DNA of 64,000 nucleotides from Acidobacteriaceae bacterium (GTDB lineage: Bacteria > Acidobacteriota > Terriglobia > Terriglobales > Acidobacteriaceae): assembly GCA_052142955.1 (NCBI GenBank), contig JBKQVW010000099.1, positions 5,881 through 69,880 on the forward strand, given 5' to 3'. Made by a program: the position numbers and the translations under genes. The stretch's first letter is position 1; every line of letters starts with the position of its first letter. Shown here piece after piece: positions 37,856 to 45,879 of this stretch. The notes beneath the pieces were generated by a model. It had not been told where the DNA came from. It made no database searches and worked only from the letters and a program-made list of their open reading frames with translations.

Positions 37856-38332
37856 TCAGGTTGTACGGGCGGCCAGGATAGCGTCGATCAATTCGCGCAC
37901 TGCGCCGTTTCCGCCCTTATGTTTCGCAATGAATGTAGCCTTGGCGAGAACGGCTGCGTGGGCATCGGCGGGAGCAGCCGACAAACCGGCAATCTGCTGG
38001 GCGGCAATGTCGTTGATGTCATCTCCCATAAAGCAGATTGCGGCAAGCGGAAGATGCTGCCGTTCCGCAAACAGACGCAGGGCGCCGGCTTTGTCGCGAC
38101 AGCCTTTGGTGATGTCGGTCAGCTGAAACTTCTGCGCAAACCGGTCGACCAGCGGACTGTCTTCGCCGGAGATCAAGGTGACGATGAGGCCCGCCTTGCA
38201 CGCGTTCGAAACGCCCATGATGTCCGCGAAGGAAAAGCGCTTCCACTCCTCGCCGTTCGGACCCCACCAGACGCCGCCATCGGTCAGAACGCCATCGACA
38301 TCGAGAGCGATGGCACGGATGTCCTTCATCAA
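37856..38332 (-). CDS. KdsC-family HAD phosphatase (3-deoxy-sugar-acid phosphate phosphatase)
   Basis: IRAIALDVDGVLTDG...GDDINDI...GGNGAVRE aligns by eye along the whole length with E. coli KdsC. Its start overlaps the synthase stop by 4 nt. Confidence 0.8.
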   Translation of the reverse strand: MMKDIRAIALDVDGVLTDGGVWWGPNGEEWKRFSFADIMGVSNACKAGLIVTLISGEDSPLVDRFAQKFQLTDITKGCRDKAGALRLFAERQHLPLAAICFMGDDINDIAAQQIAGLSAAPADAHAAVLAKATFIAKHKGGNGAVRELIDAILAARTT

Positions 38333-39216
38333 ACTCCCGCCCCGACCCGGCGCAGTTTCTTGATGATCGGCAGCTCGCGTTCATAGACGCGCTTCACACC
38401 ATCTCCCATGGACTGCTCCACCAGGCGGATGTCGCGGATGAGCCGCGTGATTCCATTCGGCTCAAGAGATGCTGCCTGATCGCTGCCCCACATGGAGCGG
38501 TCGAGCGTGACGTGACGCTCCACCGAGCAGGCGCCCAGCACGGCCGCGGCTACGCTGGAGGCGATTCCGGTCTCGTGGCCGGAGTAGCCGATGGGCAGTC
38601 CGTAGCGCTCTTTCATGGTTGGAATCACGCGCAGGTTCAGCTCCTCGTAATACGCGGGATAGGTGCTGCAGCTATGCATCACGACCAAATCTTTTTTGCC
38701 GAGCACATCGATCGCATGATCGATCTCTTCATAGGTACTCATGCCGGTCGACAGGATGATGGGTTTGCCTTTGGAGCGGGTGTGGCGCAGCAAGTGATCG
38801 TCGGTCAGCGATGCGGAGGCAATCTTGAAGCACGGCACGTCGAATTCGGCAATCACGTCGACCGAGCCCTCATCCCAGCAGGAGACAAACCACGGGATGT
38901 TGACCGCCTTGCAATACGCATCGATTTCCGCGTAATCGTCCGCGTCGAATTCAAGCGCTTCCTTCAGGTCGCCGTTGGTGGCGCCAAACGGACTTTCGCG
39001 CGGGCGCGCCAGTTCTTCCGCGGAATAGACGACTTCAACCGTGCGCTTCTGGAACTTGACGGCGTCGCATCCCGCCGCCACCGCGACACTGATCAGTCGT
39101 TTGGCAATGTCCAGGTTGCCGTTGTGATTGATGCCGATTTCCGCGATGACATAGCAGGGCTGCCCATCACCAACAAGTTTTTTGCCGATTTTTACCGCGC
39201 CGGATTCCTGCATCAT
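38329..39216 (-). CDS. NeuB-family sugar-acid synthase (PEP-condensing), no SAF domain
   Basis: CYVIAEIGINHNGNLDIAKRLISVAVAAGCDAVKFQKR and GYSGHETG motifs. About 295 aa, which is too short to contain the C-terminal SAF/antifreeze-like domain. The ORF is open to 39258. Confidence 0.8.
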   Translation of the reverse strand: MMQESGAVKIGKKLVGDGQPCYVIAEIGINHNGNLDIAKRLISVAVAAGCDAVKFQKRTVEVVYSAEELARPRESPFGATNGDLKEALEFDADDYAEIDAYCKAVNIPWFVSCWDEGSVDVIAEFDVPCFKIASASLTDDHLLRHTRSKGKPIILSTGMSTYEEIDHAIDVLGKKDLVVMHSCSTYPAYYEELNLRVIPTMKERYGLPIGYSGHETGIASSVAAAVLGACSVERHVTLDRSMWGSDQAASLEPNGITRLIRDIRLVEQSMGDGVKRVYERELPIIKKLRRVGAGV

Positions 39217-39334
39217 GATTGCAACCCTCTTCTCCCGAGGCCTGACACGCCCTGGCAAAACCAGGGCGTATTTTCCCTGTGCATAGATGCAACTTTACCC
39301 GGTTCCCGATGCAGCGGAGTATACACTTTTATCG

Positions 39335-40408
39335 ATGGTCAGCCCTGTGCATCCCGCGCCGCCGGTTTCCGATCTTGATCTGAACTACATTCTAGAAAAC
39401 AATGCGAGTTTGTGGGAAGAAATGCGCGGGCGTCGCATCTTTCTCACAGGGGGGACGGGCTTCTTCGGCTGCTGGCTGCTGGAAAGCTTTCTGGCGGCCA
39501 ATCGCGCGTTCCATCTGCAGGCCCAGGCCGTGGTTCTGACACGTTCGTCGCGGAAGTTTCGCGAGCGGGCGCCGCATCTTGCCAACGATGCCGCCATTGA
39601 ACTGGTCGAGGGCGATGTGCGGAGCTTTGCTTTTCCCGCAGGCGAGTTCCCTTTTGTGATTCACGCTGCAACGGAATCCGTGCCAAGTCATCCCGCCAAT
39701 CCGCGATCCGGCGACGCGGCATCCGAGATGCTATCGACGATCGTGGAGGGAACGCGGCGATGCCTGGAATTTGCGGAGTCGCATGGCACCACCAAATTCC
39801 TGCTGACCAGCTCCGGCGCGGTGTACGGTCAACAGCCCTCTGAGATGACGCACATTGCAGAGGACTATCGCGGCGCGCCGGATGTATTGCAGGCAAGTTC
39901 CATGTACGGAGAAGGCAAGCGTATGGCGGAGATGCTGTGCGCTCTTTCGTCATCTCGAACGCAGATGGAATGCAAGATTGCCCGCTGTTTCGCCTTTGTC
40001 GGCCCGCACCTTCCGCTGGATGCGCATTTTGCCATCGGAAATTTTATTCGCGATGCCATGCGCGGAGGTCCGATCATCATCCAGGGCGACGGGACGCCAA
40101 TGCGTTCCTATATGTATGCGGCCGATCTGGCGATCTGGCTGTGGACGATGTTATTTCGCGCCGAATCGCTGCGGGCATTCAATGTGGGATCGGAGCGCGA
40201 CCTGAGCATCCGTGATGTTGCAGAGGCGGTTGCGGCCGCTATTCAGCCGGGAATGGAGATCCAAGTTGCGCGGACGGCTGTTGCCGGCGCTCCGGTCCAG
40301 CGCTATGTGCCCTCGGTTGAGGCGGCGAAGAAATATCTCGACCTCGCCGATGGGGTTTCGCTGATCGACGCGATCCGGCGCACCGCCGCGTGGTACAGAG
40401 AAACATAG
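39335..40408 (+). CDS. NAD-dependent epimerase/dehydratase (extended SDR)
   Basis: Rossmann motif IFLTGGTGFFG and catalytic Y-x3-K (YGEGKRMAE). Start is uncertain (39287, 39335 or 39422). Confidence 0.75.
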   Translation: MVSPVHPAPPVSDLDLNYILENNASLWEEMRGRRIFLTGGTGFFGCWLLESFLAANRAFHLQAQAVVLTRSSRKFRERAPHLANDAAIELVEGDVRSFAFPAGEFPFVIHAATESVPSHPANPRSGDAASEMLSTIVEGTRRCLEFAESHGTTKFLLTSSGAVYGQQPSEMTHIAEDYRGAPDVLQASSMYGEGKRMAEMLCALSSSRTQMECKIARCFAFVGPHLPLDAHFAIGNFIRDAMRGGPIIIQGDGTPMRSYMYAADLAIWLWTMLFRAESLRAFNVGSERDLSIRDVAEAVAAAIQPGMEIQVARTAVAGAPVQRYVPSVEAAKKYLDLADGVSLIDAIRRTAAWYRET

Positions 40409-40471
40409 ATTTGCCATTGCATGTACACGTAGAGCAACATTCCAACACATGAATCCAAGGGAGGTTTCTCG

Positions 40472-41665
40472 GTGCGAAGGAAGCGATTTTTTCTGCTGAT
40501 TTTGGGATGCCTGTTGACGACGGCCAGTCTGCCCGCGCAGTCGTTTTCCGCGCAAGATATCGCTCGGCTCCGGACGTTTTATGAATCCGGGCTGCAGCGC
40601 AATGGAATCGTCGGCAGCAGCCTGGTCCTGCTAGATGGCAACCGAATCGTATTCGAGGATTTCCATGGCAAGCAGAATCTGTCTCCCGCTCAGCAGGTCG
40701 ATGAAAATACGACCTACCATTGGGCATCGATCACGAAGACGTTTACCGGAGTCGCTATCATGCAGCTCCGCGACCGCGGCCTGCTTTCGCTGGACGACCC
40801 GCTGATCAAGTACATCCCCGAACTGGCCGCGGTGCACGATCCCTATGGTCCCATTTCCGCCATCACCATTCGGGAGGCGATGTCGCACTCCAGTGGATTT
40901 CGCAACCCTACCTGGCCGTGGCGGACGGAGCCGTGGCAACCCTTCGAACCGACGCAATGGTCGCAGATCGTCGCCATGCTGCCGTATACCGGCATCCAGT
41001 TCGCACCTGGCTCTCGCTTCGGCTACTCCAACCTGGCGGTCGTATTTCTGGGTGAAATCATTCAGCGGCTTTCCGGCGAGCCCTATGAGGCCTATATGGA
41101 GAAAAATGTCCTGGAGCCTCTGGGAATGTACCACTCGTATTTCGATCGCAGCCCGTACACGCTGTTGCGTTCTCGCTCGCACAGCTACGACCTCAAAAAC
41201 GGCAAGCTGACGGAAGATCCCTTCGACTTCGATACCGGGATCACGCGCTCGAACGGCGGCCTGAATGCCCCGCTGCCGGACATGGTGAAGTACCTGGACT
41301 TTCTGCTGAGCGATCCGGCGCACCAGGCCGAATACGATGCGATTCTGAAACGTTCCTCGTTGGAAGAGATGTGGAAGCCCATCCTGCCGGTCACTCCCGA
41401 TGCGGATTTTCCCTCGCGCGCCGGGGCCCACGACGCTGTTGCGGGAAGTTTTTTCGTCCACACGGATGGCAAGCTGCGCCTGGTGGGCAAGTCGGGCTCG
41501 CAGAACGGCTTCCAAAGCCATTTCTATCTCGATCCAATCTCTCGGAGCGCGTACATCGTGGTCTACAACACGGACGCGCAGGACGCCGCCCAGAACACCC
41601 ACGATTTCGATATCCAGCTCCGTGACTATCTCATCGATCATTTCTTCAGCAAGGAAAGCAAGTAG
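40472..41665 (+). CDS. Serine hydrolase, beta-lactamase/PBP4*-like (class C fold)
   Basis: GGGAGG before GTG 40472 and a signal peptide. S-x-x-K (SITK) and YSN motifs. Confidence 0.8.
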   Translation: MRRKRFFLLILGCLLTTASLPAQSFSAQDIARLRTFYESGLQRNGIVGSSLVLLDGNRIVFEDFHGKQNLSPAQQVDENTTYHWASITKTFTGVAIMQLRDRGLLSLDDPLIKYIPELAAVHDPYGPISAITIREAMSHSSGFRNPTWPWRTEPWQPFEPTQWSQIVAMLPYTGIQFAPGSRFGYSNLAVVFLGEIIQRLSGEPYEAYMEKNVLEPLGMYHSYFDRSPYTLLRSRSHSYDLKNGKLTEDPFDFDTGITRSNGGLNAPLPDMVKYLDFLLSDPAHQAEYDAILKRSSLEEMWKPILPVTPDADFPSRAGAHDAVAGSFFVHTDGKLRLVGKSGSQNGFQSHFYLDPISRSAYIVVYNTDAQDAAQNTHDFDIQLRDYLIDHFFSKESK

Positions 41666-41735
41666 TGGGTGCCCAGGGAGCAAAGAATACAACCAGACGG
41701 TCAGCCCTATTCTTTCCCTGCACAGGTGAGCCAAA

Positions 41736-42620
41736 ATGATCCTCACTTCTTCGGACGTTGGGTCTTTATCGAGATCGCTTTCTCGCTGGGAAATTGCAGA
41801 GTATGTATCGGAGCTCTTCGTGATCGTTGGTTGTGGCGGCGAACTCGTTGCCGATTTCTTCACGAGACTATCCGAAAGTGTGAGAAAGCGCATCGGGAAG
41901 TGGTCAACTATTGTGCTGATTCTCGCTTTGTCTTTCGAACTTACATCTCTCATCAAAACGAATGAACTTTCTGGCGGAGTAATTGGTTCACTTGGGAACA
42001 AAGCCAAGCAGGCCGATGCTACGGCAAGAAAGGCATTGACGGATTCCGGAAATGCCTTGTCCCAATCCGGTGACGCCGAAGCCAAATCAGGTAAGGCCAA
42101 CACTCTGTCATCGAACGCTCTAGTTCTCGCTCGCGGCGCACGAAGCGAGGCCGACTCATCTAAGAAGGAAGCCACCAAGGCAGAAAACGATCTCGCAGCC
42201 GCTTTGCAGCGCACTGCTAGCCTGGAGCAGCAGTTGTCTTGGAGGACGGTCACTCCAGAACAGAAAACGGCAATCAGAAAAGGTCTGCTCCGAACCAACA
42301 TTCTGCCGCTTCGTGGTTGGGAAATACGCTTCTCGATTCCTATGGGATGCGCCGAATGCGAAGGATACGCAGATGCACTGATGAATGCCCTTGGTGGCCT
42401 CGGAGGGGCAGTCTCCGGCCCAGACGCAGCAGGGTATATTCGTGTCCCTGAGGGTGTTATGTTATCGGTAAATCCGATCAATGCTATGGGACAAGTGCCG
42501 CTGCTTCTACTAAATGATCTACGTGCAAACGGGGTAGACGCACAGGGCGCAACTGATGGGGGTTTGCCAGAGCACACTATTAAAGTCGCCATCGGTGTGA
42601 AGCCCCACGCAACACCGTAG
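41736..42620 (+). CDS. Hypothetical membrane-anchored coiled-coil protein
   Basis: 294 aa with two N-terminal hydrophobic segments, an Ala/Lys/Ser-rich predicted coiled coil and a Cys-containing C-terminal domain. Visibly lower G+C. No family recognised. Confidence 0.5.
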   Translation: MILTSSDVGSLSRSLSRWEIAEYVSELFVIVGCGGELVADFFTRLSESVRKRIGKWSTIVLILALSFELTSLIKTNELSGGVIGSLGNKAKQADATARKALTDSGNALSQSGDAEAKSGKANTLSSNALVLARGARSEADSSKKEATKAENDLAAALQRTASLEQQLSWRTVTPEQKTAIRKGLLRTNILPLRGWEIRFSIPMGCAECEGYADALMNALGGLGGAVSGPDAAGYIRVPEGVMLSVNPINAMGQVPLLLLNDLRANGVDAQGATDGGLPEHTIKVAIGVKPHATP

Positions 42621-42753
42621 ACCTGAAATATCCCGAGCAGCAATACAATCGCCAATCTCCTCTACTGTGGGAAACGAACGGCACCACTACCGAACGGTCC
42701 CGCGCTTTCCGAATTTCGCGTGTCGCTGATACACTAGCAACGATACGCAACGT

Positions 42754-42830
42754 GGGGCTATAGCTCAGTTTGGGAGAGCGCGCCGTTCGCAATGGCGAGG
42801 TCGTCGGTTCGATCCCGACTAGCTCCACCA
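42754..42830 (+). tRNA. tRNA-Ala (anticodon CGC), CCA encoded
   Basis: 77-nt cloverleaf. Acceptor GGGGCTA/TAGCTCC with the G3:U70 alanine identity pair. D stem GCTC/GAGC. Anticodon loop TTCGCAA. T arm GTCGG-TTCGATC-CCGAC. 3' ACCA. Confidence 0.95.
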
Positions 42831-42932
42831 AAACTCCATCCAACAAGTTCCGAAGGAGTCTTAAAGCCAGCGTAATTTCAGGATTTTTGCTGCTTATCGT
42901 CCAGTTAGGGACAGTCTGGTCTGTTGACATCC

Positions 42933-42991
42933 GGGGGCAACTGGGGGCAACATTAGGGGCAAGTGGGTTCCACTGAAAAGGAGTTGCCCCC
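42933..42991 (+). promoter_or_regulatory. Iterated 9-mers upstream of the integrase gene (possible integrase/excisionase or operator sites)
   Basis: GGGGGCAAC at 42933 and 42943, aGGGGCAAg at 42955, and the inverted GTTGCCCCC at 42983-42991. They are directly followed by the int ATG (42995), and GGAG lies at 42979-42982. Confidence 0.4.
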
Positions 42992-42994
42992 ATT

Positions 42995-44206
42995 ATGCCC
43001 CTGACCAATACCACAATTCGGAACGTCAAACCTGGCAAGAAGAGCGTCAAGCTGTTCGACGAACGCGGACTTTATCTGGAGGTTTCTCCGTCCGGCGGCA
43101 GATGGTGGCGGTTGAAATACCGGTTCGAGGGCAAGGAAAAGCGGCTGTCCCTGGGCGTTTTTCCTGACGTGAGCCTGAAAGATGCCCGTGACCGCCGAGA
43201 TGCCGCGCGCAAGCTGCTGGCCGACGGCATTGACCCTAGTGAGAACCGCAAGGCACAAAAATCTGCTCATGCGGAACGGGCCGCAAACAGTTTCGAAGTA
43301 GTGGCGCGCGAGTGGTTCGCCAAGTATTCCGCAAACTGGGCGGTGAGCCACAGCGACCGGATCGTCCGACTCTTCGAGCGCGACATCTTCCCGTGGATCG
43401 GTGGGCGGTCAATTGCCGAGATAGCTGCGCCGGATTTGTTAACGGTCGTGCGCCGGATTGAAAGCCGAGGCGCTCTGGAGACGGCACATCGCGCCCGTGG
43501 CAACTGCGGTCAGGTATTCCGTTACGCTATCGCCACCGGACGCGCCTTGCGTGATCCTTCGGGCGATCTGCGCGGTGCCCTGCCGCCAGCGAAGGGTCGG
43601 CATTTCGCGGCAAAGACCGACCCAAAGGAAGTTGCCGGGATACTGCGGGCGATGGATGCCTACGAAGGCACGCTCGCGGTGCGGTGCGCGCTCCGCCTTG
43701 CGCCGTTGGTATTCGTTCGCCCTGGCGAGCTTCGCAGTGCAGAATGGGCGGACATCGACCTGGACGGGAAGGAATGGCGCTACACCGTCAGCAAGACTAA
43801 TACCCCGCATATTGTTCCCCTTTCACGTCAGGCTGTGGAGATACTGCGCGAACTGCAACCGCTCACAGGGAACGGCCGCTTTGTCTTTCCGAGTGCACGG
43901 AGCAACGCGCGACCGATGAGCAACAACGCAATTCTCGCCGCCATGCGACGTGCGGGAATTGACAAGGATGAAATGAGCGGGCATGGCTTCCGGGCGGTTG
44001 CACGGACGAGTCTTGGTGAAGTGCTCGGCGTCCGGCCTGACTTCATCGAACACCAACTCGCCCATGCCGTGCGCGATCCAAACGGGCGTGCATACAACCG
44101 CACGGCGCATCTGCCTGAGCGCAAAAAAATGATGCAACAGTGGGCGGATTATCTGGACAAGCTGAAGGCTGAGGCTGAAGTGATCCCGATACGCAAAGGG
44201 GCTTAG
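42995..44206 (+). CDS. int: Tyrosine recombinase, P4-type integrase with DUF4102 arm-binding N-terminus
   Basis: N-terminal LTNTTIRNVKPGKKSVKLFDERGLYLEVSPSGGRWWRLKYRF. Catalytic R (VRPGELR), HGFRAV, HQLAH and Y (RAYNRTAHL). 403 aa and apparently intact. Confidence 0.9.
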   Translation: MPLTNTTIRNVKPGKKSVKLFDERGLYLEVSPSGGRWWRLKYRFEGKEKRLSLGVFPDVSLKDARDRRDAARKLLADGIDPSENRKAQKSAHAERAANSFEVVAREWFAKYSANWAVSHSDRIVRLFERDIFPWIGGRSIAEIAAPDLLTVVRRIESRGALETAHRARGNCGQVFRYAIATGRALRDPSGDLRGALPPAKGRHFAAKTDPKEVAGILRAMDAYEGTLAVRCALRLAPLVFVRPGELRSAEWADIDLDGKEWRYTVSKTNTPHIVPLSRQAVEILRELQPLTGNGRFVFPSARSNARPMSNNAILAAMRRAGIDKDEMSGHGFRAVARTSLGEVLGVRPDFIEHQLAHAVRDPNGRAYNRTAHLPERKKMMQQWADYLDKLKAEAEVIPIRKGA

Positions 44207-44215
44207 CCATCGGGT

Positions 44216-44710
44216 TCATTGAGCCGGTATGTTCACGCCGGAATTACGAAATCTCTGGAATACGGCCTCTGCAATCTCGTTGGCACCCGATGGCGTGGCC
44301 TGCTGGGGCATTGCCAGTCCTCGCAGAATCTCCCCCTGGCGATCACAGGCAACTGCGCCGCAGCTGAAGAAAGTTGTCAGCACCTGCTCATGTCCTAGAT
44401 TCTGACTCCATGCCTTAAATTGTTCCGGGGACTGGCAGACCTCCTTGGCAATCCGCACCAGCGTCTCTCTCAGACTATACGGGTTGAAATACGGCAGTCC
44501 CGCGCGCTCGAACGCCTCACGGAAGACTTTGCGGATCGGCTCGGCGTTGCTCCAGTGCGCTTTCTCCAATCCTGCCACTTCAAACTGGCGCGTCTGCCCT
44601 ACCACGATGCGCGTTGCCGGAAACAGCGGATCACTGTGGCGCTTGGCTTCCTTCAGATAAGCGAAGTATTGGCGCTTAATTCGTTCATTTTCTGGGTTGT
44701 ATTTCGTCAT
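44216..44710 (-). pseudogene. Internally deleted tyrosine recombinase remnant
   Basis: A 164-aa ORF joins a family-typical N-terminus (MTKYNPENERIKRQYFAYLKEAKR) directly to the last ~135 aa of the catalytic domain (...DPLFPATR...LPYFNPYSLRETL...WSQNLGHEQVLTTFFSCG). The expected H-x-x-R His and the catalytic Tyr are replaced. Confidence 0.6.
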
Positions 44711-44716
44711 GCTTTC

Positions 44717-45439
44717 TCATCCTTGGCTGAAGTCACTGTTTAGGGTGGAGGAGTCCATCTCACTTACTTGTCGCTCCACCTCCGAAAACGTGATGTCCAA
44801 ATTCCCCTGATTTACAGCCAACTTTGCCCAGCTGGAGCGCCGGTAGATCATCCCGTTGCAATCCGGGCAGATGCCCATTAGGTTGCCTAACGTCTCGGTA
44901 ATTGGCTTGTATTCCGCCATTTCACCAGCGGGCCGCTTCGGTGCGCGGCATCGCACACAGTAAATCTCTCCCGGCTTACAAAGCTGCTTATTTTTCGTTC
45001 GGCGCGCGTGAAGATAAGCGGCAAGGTCGCGGCCAAGAACCAGTGTGGGGCGCTTGCTGTCGCAGATTGGCAATCCCGCCTTTACCCAGGCGCGCACGGT
45101 ATTCCTAGGCTCTTGCCCAAACCTCTTATCCTTGTTGATCCAAACCGGAACGTGGAGCAACTGATCGGGGAATTCCTTCTGCAACTCATGGAATAGCTGT
45201 TTCTGTCGGGAACTCAACGTGGTCACTGGCCGGTGACTCACTAAGACCAATCTACTGCCGTTCCTGGCGGTCTCCACAGCGCCAGCAAGAGAGTCTAGCC
45301 CTCCGGAAAACATGACCACACGCTCTGGACTGTGAAAAGGCCACTCTTCTGGCTCGCCGAACTCAAAGTATTCTTGTTGCGGGCGATCCTGCTTCAAGAA
45401 CACGAAGATCACCGACCGCATTACATTGCAGCTTTCCAT
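44717..45439 (-). pseudogene. Chimeric ORF: PP-loop (QueC-like) N-terminal fragment fused to an N-terminally truncated HTH/zinc-ribbon integrase-partner protein
   Basis: Residues ~30-105 carry VVMFSGGLDSLAGAVE (SGGxDS PP-loop). From ...NTVRAWVKAGLP onward it reads like the second half of an excisionase-type HTH plus CxxC...CxxC (CVRC, CPDC). Neither part is full length. Confidence 0.5.
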
Positions 45440-45608
45440 GACCGCCTATAACGCCTTGAACCAGATGTACCGCGGTTCCCCACAAACCTACGTCGGTAAT
45501 CCTGCATATTTCGGGAGCTATGACTATTCAGAGGACACAAATATTCCCGGGAACACACCGCCATCCGGGACCCGCTTCGTTCTGCTTGGGAGCAAGATCA
45601 TTTTCTGA
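45426..45608 (+). pseudogene. C-terminal fragment of a TonB-dependent receptor/OM barrel
   Basis: The 60-aa ORF ends ...GTRFVLLGSKIIF and contains AYNALNQ. Compare the intact receptor in this window, which ends NIYNHINLG...PRHILLQGKFVF. The upstream in-frame sequence is not receptor-like. Confidence 0.45.
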
Positions 45609-45879
45609 GCCTGCGCACGGGATCCGTCGATCCCCAGAGCTCTTGCAGAGGAAAAGACAGCGCTGTGGCAAGGGATTTGCTGCGTCCACAGGCTCCGAAG
45701 ATACTCAGAACACTCGACGAAGGAATCAGCACAAAGTCAATCTAATGATTTCAAAGAGTTGTATACCAATTTGTGTCACAGCGCGCGCTTTTAGCAGCCA
45801 GGGTGCAATGCGCATAGCCTGTCGTATCGTTATGCTTTGCGGTAAGTGTGTCGAGCGAGGAAACATTCATGTGCGGCCC

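Larger units (their letters stand above)
42831..45650. mobile_element. Degraded tRNA-Ala-associated integrative element (intact integrase plus gene fragments)
   Basis: A P4-type integrase starts 165 nt after the tRNA and is followed only by truncated or chimeric ORFs. G+C is visibly lower. The right boundary is approximate and no convincing attR was found. Confidence 0.45.

Noticed and set aside
40631-42655. 674-aa ORF antisense to the serine hydrolase and the coiled-coil hypothetical
   Set aside because: It is Ser/Arg/Pro/Ala-rich junk across two sense genes and their spacer. The sense frames have a signal peptide with SxxK/YSN motifs and a coherent TM plus coiled-coil architecture. A residual doubt for 41736-42620 is noted in the findings.
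42933-42963. Short direct repeats checked as a possible CRISPR array
   Set aside because: The repeats are 9 nt with 1-4 nt spacing, far below CRISPR repeat and spacer sizes. No CRISPR array is seen anywhere in the window.
45627-45642. Possible attR: TCGATCCCCAGAGCTC resembling the tRNA-Ala 3' part TCGATCCCGACTAGCTCC
   Set aside because: It has only 8 contiguous identical bases plus a gapped 5-6 more. That is too weak to call a repeat of the attachment site.
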